Source: Minisyncoccia bacterium
GTDB taxonomy: Bacteria > Patescibacteriota > Minisyncoccia > Phycocordibacterales > UBA918
Direction of reading: 5' to 3'
DNA: 64,000 nucleotides
Assembly (NCBI GenBank): GCA_046293175.1
Contig: JBKBPM010000001.1
Coordinates: forward strand, 4,484-68,483
A program made the translations under genes and the position numbers. Below the pieces are notes generated by a model, which worked only from the letters and a program-made list of their open reading frames with translations, had not been told where the DNA came from and made no database searches. Shown in pieces: positions 19,390-27,890 of the stretch (its first letter is position 1; the number at the start of each line of letters is the position of its first letter).

Positions 19390-19496
19390 CGACATCGATC
19401 CACAAACCTGAGCCGGGCATCGCACGATGCCCGGTTTTCCTACATCATATGTGCTCTCGACACCACGCCCTTTTTTCAGTACTCTAGTAAAACAAT

Positions 19497-20873
19497 ATGA
19501 CTGACTTCAAAGACTATTTTAAAGGCAAACGAGTGGTGGTTATGCGGATTGGTTTGTTGGGTCGTGGGATTGGCGATACAGCCTATCTCGCTGAAGCCGG
19601 GGCGGATGTTCTGGTAGTCGATGCTGCGCCACAAGAAGTCATGCAGCCAGCAGTTGATCAGCTATCGCAATACCCGAATATTGCCTGGAAGTTTGGTCCC
19701 TATGATTTTGCTGACTTCAAAGACGCTGACCTCGTACTCGTGGGTGCCGGGGCACCACTTGATGAACCAGTGCTCCTTGAGTGTCAAGCGGCAGGAGTTC
19801 GATTGGTTCAAAGTGCCGCGCTATTTGCTGAGCTGTCTGGTGTGCCAGTGATTGGGGTGACCGGGACACGAGGGAAGAGTACCGTGACGATGATGATTCA
19901 TCATGTACTCTCGTACATCACCAGTGAGAATATTTTGCTCGGGGGTAACATCCGTGGGGTCTCCAATCTCCAGCTCCTTAATGAAGTAAAAGAAGATTCG
20001 CTCTGTGTGATGGAGCTCGACTCGTGGCAGCTTCAGGGCTGGGGCTGGGCCGGTATCAGTCCACAGGTGGCCGTCTTCACGAGTTTTATGGAAGATCACC
20101 TCAATTACTACTCTCGTGGTGGCAAATCTCACGACGACGCCATGGCGGCTTACTTCGTGGACAAAGCACAGATATTTTTGCATCAAGAAGAGAGTGGAAC
20201 ATTTATCACCACTCCTGCGGTATTTGAATGGGTAAAAAAGGTCTTGCCAAACGAAACGATTAGCCAGGAGCTAGTACTCGCAGACACCTCTGTTTTACCC
20301 GAGGACATGCTCCTCTCGATGCCGGGTGAGCATAATCGCCTCAATGCTGCTTTAGCCTATGAAGCCCTTAAGGCAGTCGGGCTTGATGATGAGGCTATTT
20401 TTGAAGGCCTCGCAACTTTCCCGGGGGTTGAAGGACGCTTGCAATTGGTAGCAACCAAAGACAATGTCCGCGTTTACAATGACAACAATGCGACAACACC
20501 GCAGGCCACTATTGCTGCGCTTGAAGCACTTGATTTGGGGAACCGGAACATTATCTTGATTGCCGGTGGAGCAGATAAAAATATTGATGTGACCAATCTC
20601 GCTTATGCGATTACGCAACACTGCAAAAATGTCCTCCTGATTCCTGGTTCCGGTACCGATAACCTCCTCTCGTATCTCGATGGCGGAGAAGTGGGTGTTT
20701 CAGTCTTACCAAACCTCAAGACTGCCTTTGCCGAAGCGACGCGCTTCGCAGAAAACGGCGACATCATCCTCTTTAGTCCAGCCTTTGCCTCATTCTCACA
20801 GTACAAAAATGAGTACGAACGTAATGATGAGTTCCTTAATCTTGTACAGCAGTGGGAGGACACGGTAGAGTAA
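19497..20873 (+). CDS. murD: UDP-MurNAc-Ala:D-glutamate ligase
   Basis: GVTGTRGKST, GGNI, ELDSWQL, DHLNYY, LIAGGADK, FSPAFASF..YKNEYER. Confidence 0.93.
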   Translation: MTDFKDYFKGKRVVVMRIGLLGRGIGDTAYLAEAGADVLVVDAAPQEVMQPAVDQLSQYPNIAWKFGPYDFADFKDADLVLVGAGAPLDEPVLLECQAAGVRLVQSAALFAELSGVPVIGVTGTRGKSTVTMMIHHVLSYITSENILLGGNIRGVSNLQLLNEVKEDSLCVMELDSWQLQGWGWAGISPQVAVFTSFMEDHLNYYSRGGKSHDDAMAAYFVDKAQIFLHQEESGTFITTPAVFEWVKKVLPNETISQELVLADTSVLPEDMLLSMPGEHNRLNAALAYEALKAVGLDDEAIFEGLATFPGVEGRLQLVATKDNVRVYNDNNATTPQATIAALEALDLGNRNIILIAGGADKNIDVTNLAYAITQHCKNVLLIPGSGTDNLLSYLDGGEVGVSVLPNLKTAFAEATRFAENGDIILFSPAFASFSQYKNEYERNDEFLNLVQQWEDTVE

Positions 20874-20900
20874 TATAGCGTATATGCTATAGTAGTTTGT

Positions 20901-22187
20901 ATGGAAAAGCATATTCACTTTATTGGTATTGGTGGAATCGGTATGAGTGCCTTGGCGCGTTTTTGGCAACACGAGGGAGCGGTGGTGACGGGGAGTGATC
21001 GTGAGCCCAGTCTTATCACCAAAGGGCTGGAAGACCTCGGCATCGTTATTGACTATGAGCAAAAAGCGGAGAATGTAAGTTCGAGGAAAGACCTCGAACT
21101 AGTGGTGTACACCGAAGCGATGCCAAAGGATCATCCGGAGATGATGGCCGCGCGTGAGCTTGGAGTACCAATGGTCAACTACTTTGAAGCGCTTGGCCAA
21201 GTCGCAAACGAGTACTACCTTATTGCGGTAGCCGGCAGTCATGGGAAGACGACGACCACTGCGATGATTACCGACATTCTCGAAGAAGCGGGCCTTGATC
21301 CAACTGCTATTATTGGTTCACTCCGCAGCAAGACAAAGAGCAACTTTCGCGCCGGGAAGAGCAAATATGCGGTGGTGGAAGCTTGTGAGTATAAACGAGA
21401 CTATCTTCATCTTGAGCCTGATGTGCTCGTGATCACGAACCTCGAATGGGAGCATGTTGACTACTACAAAGACCTCGCTGATGTGCAGAGCGCCTTTCGG
21501 GAGCTCGCACTTAAAGTGCCTGAAGACGGTGCGATTGTAACTAATGTCACGGATCCTAATATCGCACCAGTGATTGCAGGCCTCTCGACCAACATTATCG
21601 ACTATCGTCCGCTCATTGACTTGACCCTCAAGCTCCGTCAGCCGGGTATGCACACCCGCATGAATGCGGCTGCGGCTCGTGGCGCGGCCGAGTTCCTCGG
21701 TATTGAAACAACAAAGGTGAATGAAGCACTTAAGTGGTTTGCGGGGACCTGGCGTCGGTTTGAATACAAAGGGGAAGTGAATGGCGCTCCAGTCTATGAT
21801 GACTACGGACACCATCCAACCGAGCTGCGCGCAACATTTGCTGGAGTGCGTGAGCTCTATCCTGACCATAAGCTCAAGGTAGTATTTCAATCCCATACCT
21901 ATTCCCGTACCTACGAACTGTTTACTGATTTTGTAACGGTACTTGCTACTGCGGATGAGGTATCGCTTTTGCCAATCTACGCCGCTCGTGAAGAAAACAA
22001 ATGGGGGGTAACGAGTGAAAAGCTCGCTGCAGAAATTATTGCAAAGGGTACCCCTTGTACGGTCTACGAGACGATTCCGGCTTGTGCCCTCGCGATCAAA
22101 GAATCACTCTCGTACGAGAAAAAAGAAGTGGTCTTAGTGATTGGTGCAGGAGCGGTGACGGAGGTTGCAACTCTGCTCACTGAGTAG
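20901..22187 (+). CDS. murC: UDP-MurNAc:L-alanine ligase
   Basis: HFIGIGGIGMSALA, AGSHGKTTTT, EACEY, DDYGHHPTE, FQSHTYSRT. Confidence 0.95.
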   Translation: MEKHIHFIGIGGIGMSALARFWQHEGAVVTGSDREPSLITKGLEDLGIVIDYEQKAENVSSRKDLELVVYTEAMPKDHPEMMAARELGVPMVNYFEALGQVANEYYLIAVAGSHGKTTTTAMITDILEEAGLDPTAIIGSLRSKTKSNFRAGKSKYAVVEACEYKRDYLHLEPDVLVITNLEWEHVDYYKDLADVQSAFRELALKVPEDGAIVTNVTDPNIAPVIAGLSTNIIDYRPLIDLTLKLRQPGMHTRMNAAAARGAAEFLGIETTKVNEALKWFAGTWRRFEYKGEVNGAPVYDDYGHHPTELRATFAGVRELYPDHKLKVVFQSHTYSRTYELFTDFVTVLATADEVSLLPIYAAREENKWGVTSEKLAAEIIAKGTPCTVYETIPACALAIKESLSYEKKEVVLVIGAGAVTEVATLLTE

Positions 22188-22237
22188 GTAACTTTTTTCC
22201 GTTAGCTGTGGTACTATAAGGGACAACTTCATAACAT

Positions 22238-22402
22238 GTATCGAGAGCATGAGAGAGGGAACTGACCCGCTGCTAAAAACCAGCAACATCTCATCCGCAA
22301 CCAGCTATCAACGATAGCCCGGTGCGACTTTCTTCACTAGTTCTACAACTAGTGGTAGATACCACACCTCTTTCGATACGCATTCATTTGAATGCGTTTT
22401 AT
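22238..22402 (+). promoter_or_regulatory. SAM-I (S-box) riboswitch with intrinsic terminator
   Basis: P1 GTATC/GATAC, GAGAG junction, P2 ATGAGA/TCTCAT, P3 GCAACC/GGTGC, P4 hairpin, terminator ACGCATTCA/TGAATGCGT-TTT; lies upstream of metK. Confidence 0.85.
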
Positions 22403-22433
22403 GTTGTTGCTTTAGTTCATTAATTTTCTTTTT

Positions 22434-23380
22434 ATGTTAAAAACTGCTGAATGTGTTTCACCTCGTCATCCTGATAAGATTTGTGATCGGATTTCTGACG
22501 CTGTTCTTGATGTGTATCTATCTGAGGACCCAAAAAGTCGAGTGGCGATTGAGGCGGTGGGGAGTCATGGTCAGGTGTGGGTGACTGGGGAGGTTACCTC
22601 AACTGCGACCGGCATCGATATTCCGGCTATTGTCCGCGAGATAGCGGGAGATAATTTAGAAATTCGTGTGCACGTCGTAGCGCAGAGTCCAGAGATTGCG
22701 CAGGGGGTGGATGTAGGTGGTGCGGGTGACCAAGGTATTATGACCGGCTATGCCACCCGTGAGACCAAAAGTTATATGCCACGTGAGTACGAGTTGGCCC
22801 GTCAGCTCTGTCAGAAGGTATATGAAGTTTTCCCGTTTGATGGCAAGACTCAAGTGACGGTTGATGGTACCGGTGCAGTTACCTCAGTGGTCTGTAGTTT
22901 CCAAAACGCACCAAAGGCTAAGCTTGAAGCGCTCGTACGGTCGGTGATCCCTAATGCTCGCGAATACCACATCAATCCCGCTGGTGATTGGAGTCAGGGC
23001 GGCTTTGATGCTGATGCTGGGCTTACTGGACGTAAGATTATTGTCGACAACTATGGACCTGAGGTGGCAGTTGGTGGCGGCGCCTTCTCTGGTAAAGATC
23101 CGAGCAAGGTAGACCGTAGCGCCGCCTATATGGCACGGCGCATTGCAGTTGATTATCTCGAGGCACGGCCTGAAGCGAATACGGTCCTCGTGAAGCTTGC
23201 GTACGCCATTGGGCACCCTGAGGCACTTATGGCGGTCGCTATCGTCGACGGCGTACCAGAGACGGTCGAAGGGTACAATCTCACCCCGCAGGAATTAAGG
23301 ATTTCCTCGGGCTTGAGGCACCAATCTACGCTGATACGGCAGCGTGGGGGCACTTTGGGCGCGGGTTTAGTTGGAGGTAG
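22434..23380 (+). CDS. metK: S-adenosylmethionine synthetase (1-nt deletion near 23284-23292)
   Basis: HPDKICD, GAGDQG, GLTGRKIIVDNYG, GGGAFSGKDPSKVDRS; C-terminal IYADTAAWGHFGRGFSWR* lies in another frame. Confidence 0.93.
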
Positions 23381-23389
23381 GAGAACAAG

Positions 23390-23426
23390 AAAAGGCCGGA
23401 GCTATCGCTCCGGCCTTTTCTTTTTT
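23390..23426 (+). terminator. metK terminator
   Basis: AAAAGGCCGGAGC-TATC-GCTCCGGCCTTTT followed by a T-run. Confidence 0.8.
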
Positions 23427-23456
23427 CAAAATCGTGGTACGGTATGGCAACTACGT

Positions 23457-24143
23457 ATGCATAAAATTGGCACCCTTTTTGTCGTTGCTACCCCGATTGG
23501 GAACATGGAGGATATCACACTCCGTGCGCTTCGGGTTTTTCGTGAAGTAGATTATGTGTTGTGTGAGGATACTCGTACGACCGGGAATCTTTTGAAGCAC
23601 CACGGGGTAAAGGCCAAACTAAAACGTTACGATGCACATGCCAGTGTCGCCGCTCACGAAGCGATTGTGGCTGACCTGGTCGTCGGGCAGTCAATTGCCC
23701 TGGTTTCAGACGCCGGAACCCCAGGTGTCTCAGATCCCGGAGTGGTCCTGGTACGCCAAGCCCGCGCCGCGGGCTGTCGGATTGATGCTATTCCTGGTGC
23801 GTCAGCTATTACGGCCGCTATTTCTATCGCTGGTATCAACGGAAATCAGTTTAGTTTTCTCGGCTTTGTCCCAAGTAAGAAGGGGCGCGAGACATTTTTT
23901 GCAGATCTCGAGCTCTATGATCATCCGGTAGTTTTTTTTGAGGCAACTCACCGTATTCTTAAAACACTAGAGAGCCTCGCGGCACAGTACAGTACCGCTA
24001 CGCTTCATCTCGCGCGAGAACTTACCAAATTCCATGAAGAGATGCTTGTGGGATCGCCGGCGGAGATTTTGGCAACCTTAACCGCAGCACCGGTCAAGCA
24101 AAAAGGGGAGTTTGTACTTATTTTGACCCAACCAAACGCCTAA
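23457..24143 (+). CDS. rsmI: 16S rRNA C1402 2'-O-methyltransferase
   Basis: LFVVATPIGNMEDIT, CEDTR, SDAGTPGVSDPG, ARELTKFHEE, KGEFV. Confidence 0.95.
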   Translation: MHKIGTLFVVATPIGNMEDITLRALRVFREVDYVLCEDTRTTGNLLKHHGVKAKLKRYDAHASVAAHEAIVADLVVGQSIALVSDAGTPGVSDPGVVLVRQARAAGCRIDAIPGASAITAAISIAGINGNQFSFLGFVPSKKGRETFFADLELYDHPVVFFEATHRILKTLESLAAQYSTATLHLARELTKFHEEMLVGSPAEILATLTAAPVKQKGEFVLILTQPNA

Positions 24144-24205
24144 AAGTTTTCCACAGTTTTAGTTATATTTTGTCACCCGGGTTTTGGTGCGGTATACTCG
24201 AAGGA

Positions 24206-24442
24206 ATGACTAAAGGCACACTGGTATTTCTGTTAGGGTTAGTAACGATTGTTTTGCCATCGCTCGGTATACCGATGTTGTGGAAGCAAATCATCTTTGC
24301 ACTCATGGGTGTATTACTCATTGGGATTGGCTACAGTATTCGCCGTTCCCAGTACTTATCTACTCTTGAGCATGATGGTACTGTACGTACCGCTGAGACG
24401 TTTGTAGAGACGACCGAACCACTATTTGATACCACCCGGTAG
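24206..24442 (+). CDS. Small 2-TM membrane protein
   Basis: Two hydrophobic helices with LGIP turn; TATACT 7 nt upstream. Confidence 0.7.
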   Translation: MTKGTLVFLLGLVTIVLPSLGIPMLWKQIIFALMGVLLIGIGYSIRRSQYLSTLEHDGTVRTAETFVETTEPLFDTTR

Positions 24443-24486
24443 ATAACCAACATATTTGCTTTGTGGTAGCTGGTACAATATCCCTA

Positions 24487-26127
24487 ATGAATCAGATAAT
24501 TAAGTTTCTGCTTTTGTTCTGTGTACTGTTTGGAGCAGAGATTGCTTTGGCTGCACCAATTGTGCCTGGGTCATTTTCAACGACGTGGGATACTGGTGTT
24601 GATACTACCGTTACGATTAACCTTGGAGTTTGCCCAAGTGCCATATATTGGGAAGAAATTGGTAATGCTAGTAATAATGGTACAACTACTGATTGTGTGG
24701 GTAGCACTCAAACTATCACTTTTCCCACTCCAGGGCAGTATCGAACAGACTTCAGTGGTTCTTTTACGAAAATTGATTTAGGAGTTTTAGGTAACCGATA
24801 TAAATTTCGTACGGTTGAGCAGTGGGGAAGTAGTAACTGGACGGACATGTACCTTGCTTTTTCTAATGTTACCCAGCTTGTATTTAATGCTGTTGATACC
24901 CCAGATCTATCTTCGGTGACAGATATGTCATACATGTTTAGTGGGGCAACTAATTTTAATTCTCCGATTGGAAACTGGGATGTATCCAATGTGACTTCAA
25001 TGTTTTTTATGTTCAGATCTGCGGCAGCGTTCAACCAGCCGCTCAATGCTTGGAATATTTCAAACGTGACAAACATAAAGGGTATTTTTAATAACGCCAC
25101 TTCCTTTAATCAGCCACTTGATAACTGGGATGTATCTCAGATTACAGAAATGCATTCAGTGTTTGCTGGTGCTACTGCTTTCAATCAACCACTCAATTCC
25201 TGGGATGTCTCGCAGGTAACCTCATTCCGAGGCGAAGCCCCATACCCTGATAGAGGCATGTTTGCCGGTGCCACCTCATTCAATCAACCACTCGATGCCT
25301 GGGATGTCTCAAGTGCCTCTGATATGAGATGGATGTTTAATGGCGCCACCTCATTCAATCAACCACTCGATGCCTGGGATGTCTCAAATGTAACTAGTAT
25401 GGCGAGTATGTTTCAAAATGCTACCGCATTTAACCAACCACTCGATGCCTGGGATGTCTCAAATGTAACTAGTATGGCGAGTATGTTTCAAAATGCTACC
25501 GCATTTAACCAACCACTCAATTCTTGGGATGTCTCAAGTGCCTCTGATATGATATGGATGTTTAATGGCGCTTCTTCATTTAATCAGTCACTTCGAAATT
25601 GGCAAATTTACAGTGAGGTAGCAATAGGAGATATTTTCCGTGATGCAACTGCGTTATCCTCGGAAAATTATGCTGATATGCTTATTGGTTGGTCACAATT
25701 AAGTTCAATACCTATGAATATTGATCTAGGTATTGTATCGGCTCGGTACTGTGATACGGCCGAAAACGCTCGAACATTACTCCGTACTGAGTACCTTTGG
25801 AATATTACCGACCTTGGCCCTGAAGTCTGTGCATCAGTTGAAGAACCGGCTCCAGAGGTTACCCCTCGGGTAGGAAATGGTAGTACAAGGACAAAAGTAG
25901 GTCTTCGAGAAAAACGTCTTGATGACCTTAAGGCCGCCATGTCTTCCAGTACTGCACCGGTGAGTGAAAAGCTTGTCAGTTTTGTTTCCTCCCTCAAAAA
26001 ATTCCTCAACTACCTCACGACCCACGAAGAAGAAATGAAAAATCTCTCGCCAGAAGAGTCTAAAGCGGTAATAATGGTACTACGAGACGCCATTCTGGAG
26101 CTCCTTAAGTGGCTGCCGGGGGTCTAA
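24487..26127 (+). CDS. Secreted DUF285/BspA-like repeat surface protein
   Basis: Signal peptide; about ten 25-aa FNQPLxxWDVSxVTxMxxMF repeats. Confidence 0.9.
   Translation: MNQIIKFLLLFCVLFGAEIALAAPIVPGSFSTTWDTGVDTTVTINLGVCPSAIYWEEIGNASNNGTTTDCVGSTQTITFPTPGQYRTDFSGSFTKIDLGVLGNRYKFRTVEQWGSSNWTDMYLAFSNVTQLVFNAVDTPDLSSVTDMSYMFSGATNFNSPIGNWDVSNVTSMFFMFRSAAAFNQPLNAWNISNVTNIKGIFNNATSFNQPLDNWDVSQITEMHSVFAGATAFNQPLNSWDVSQVTSFRGEAPYPDRGMFAGATSFNQPLDAWDVSSASDMRWMFNGATSFNQPLDAWDVSNVTSMASMFQNATAFNQPLDAWDVSNVTSMASMFQNATAFNQPLNSWDVSSASDMIWMFNGASSFNQSLRNWQIYSEVAIGDIFRDATALSSENYADMLIGWSQLSSIPMNIDLGIVSARYCDTAENARTLLRTEYLWNITDLGPEVCASVEEPAPEVTPRVGNGSTRTKVGLREKRLDDLKAAMSSSTAPVSEKLVSFVSSLKKFLNYLTTHEEEMKNLSPEESKAVIMVLRDAILELLKWLPGV
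25360..25518 (+). repeat. Exact 75-nt tandem duplication in the DUF285 gene
   Basis: Units at 25360 and 25435 are identical. Confidence 0.9.
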
Positions 26128-26179
26128 AAAGTGTACATAACGGTCATTTTAGCTCTTCTCTCTCGGGTATACTTGGGGT

Positions 26180-27718
26180 ATGTACAACGAAGAGGATACA
26201 CCTCGCCGTTTTTACGCGATTTCGTTTGAAGATGATGAACCGATTGTCACAATGGGGACGCTTATTCCGCGTAAAGAACTATCGTTTCATCCGAGAACTG
26301 TTGCCCTCCCGCCACGTCCAACGAGACTCCTCATCGCTTCTCGAACGTTGGCACTCCTCGCCACACTCGTCTTTTGTATTTATGGAGCCGTCTTTGTGGC
26401 GCCAATCGCGGTCGAACGAGGACAAACCCTGCTTGCGAGTACCTTTTCGACTATCATCGCGACCAATAACGCACCCGTTGTGATTGAGCATCCGTACTCC
26501 AAAGAAGTGACACCTTTGACGTATGGTATAGAGGTAGCGTTTTCAGAGCCAGATTTTTTTGCCACTGCACGGGATGCGTTTATCGAAGCTGAGCGGACGT
26601 TTGTCGAGGCTGACTTGGCGGCGATGCGCCTGCGTTATTTTGAGGACGGAGTGCTGGTCCTTGAATATCCGATTGTAAAAAAAGGAGAACCTGGTACCTT
26701 CTGGGAGACACCAGCTGGACTTTATGAGGTAGAGAAAAAGAAACAAACACACTTCGCCTCTTTCGGACAAGTGTATTTGCCGTATAGTATGGCCTTCCAG
26801 GGTAACTTTTATATTCACGGTACGCCGTACTACGAAACCGGGGATGTACCGACCACTACTGCCCAAGGTGGTATCGAGCTCGCTACAGCTGATGCTAAAG
26901 AGCTCTACGAAGTGGTGCCACTCCACACACCGGTTTTGGTCTACGAACGAGCTGCCGACCGCAAAGAGTTTTTGTATGAACCAAAAGTACCGGAACTAGC
27001 CACTCCCCACTACCTGATTGCTGATGTTGAATCAGGTACGGTTCTGGCCGCAAGCGACCTCAGTGAAGCGGTCCCGATTGCGTCACTGACGAAGTTGATG
27101 ACCGCGGTTGTGGCCGCTGAATATATCAATCTCGATACCCGAGTGGCGATTACTGAGCCAACTTTTGTACAATCACTTATTCCTCGTCTAGGAGAGCGAA
27201 GCTCGGTGTCGTTCTATTCACTCCTTGAACTCCTGCTGCAGGAATCATCAAATGAAGCGGCTGAGGTAATTGCTTCTGAAGTCGGACGTGAGCAGTTTAT
27301 CAAGTACATGAATGAGCGTGCGAAGTCGCTTGGTATGTCATACACCACATTCACTGATCCATCGGGTCTTGATAATGGCAACGTCTCGTCGGTGGGAGAT
27401 CTGCTTCGACTGATGCAGTACATTTACGAAAAGCGCCATTTTATTGTTGATATCAGTGCTGGAAAAAAACTCCCGGACATGTATGTGACGGGTGAATTCA
27501 GTGGTTTGGCTAACTTCAATACCGTTGACGGTATGGATAATTTCATTGGTGGTAAAATCGGTGAGACCACCGCAGCCGGACAAACTTCCGTCACACTACA
27601 CACCCTTAATGTGCGGGGTGAAGAACGGGTAGTGGCAATTATTATTCTCGGCTCAAAGGGACGCAATGCTGATGTGACGGCACTACTGAAGTATGCAGAA
27701 GAGCGTTTTGGCAGCTAA
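26180..27718 (+). CDS. YkuD-like domain fused to D-Ala-D-Ala carboxypeptidase (peptidase S11)
   Basis: ETPAGLY, YIHGTP; ASLTKLMT (SxxK), SSN, DPSGL, KIG. Confidence 0.85.
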   Translation: MYNEEDTPRRFYAISFEDDEPIVTMGTLIPRKELSFHPRTVALPPRPTRLLIASRTLALLATLVFCIYGAVFVAPIAVERGQTLLASTFSTIIATNNAPVVIEHPYSKEVTPLTYGIEVAFSEPDFFATARDAFIEAERTFVEADLAAMRLRYFEDGVLVLEYPIVKKGEPGTFWETPAGLYEVEKKKQTHFASFGQVYLPYSMAFQGNFYIHGTPYYETGDVPTTTAQGGIELATADAKELYEVVPLHTPVLVYERAADRKEFLYEPKVPELATPHYLIADVESGTVLAASDLSEAVPIASLTKLMTAVVAAEYINLDTRVAITEPTFVQSLIPRLGERSSVSFYSLLELLLQESSNEAAEVIASEVGREQFIKYMNERAKSLGMSYTTFTDPSGLDNGNVSSVGDLLRLMQYIYEKRHFIVDISAGKKLPDMYVTGEFSGLANFNTVDGMDNFIGGKIGETTAAGQTSVTLHTLNVRGEERVVAIIILGSKGRNADVTALLKYAEERFGS

Positions 27719-27890
27719 AGTTTTTATATAATCACTAACTACCGCGTTACCTCCGTCTTTTAGGTCTTTTAACGTATAAAAGGTACACTTCAGACTTGCA
27801 GTCATAGGCGTCCTTGTATTTAGCGATTATCTGACAAACTACAGAGAGGGTGGCTCTAAAAAAAGTGAACTATAGTATAATGACAACAAC

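Noticed and set aside
22434-24143. Novel 569-aa MetK-RsmI fusion
   Set aside because: The linker is an out-of-frame MetK tail plus a terminator; a single-base indel explains it.
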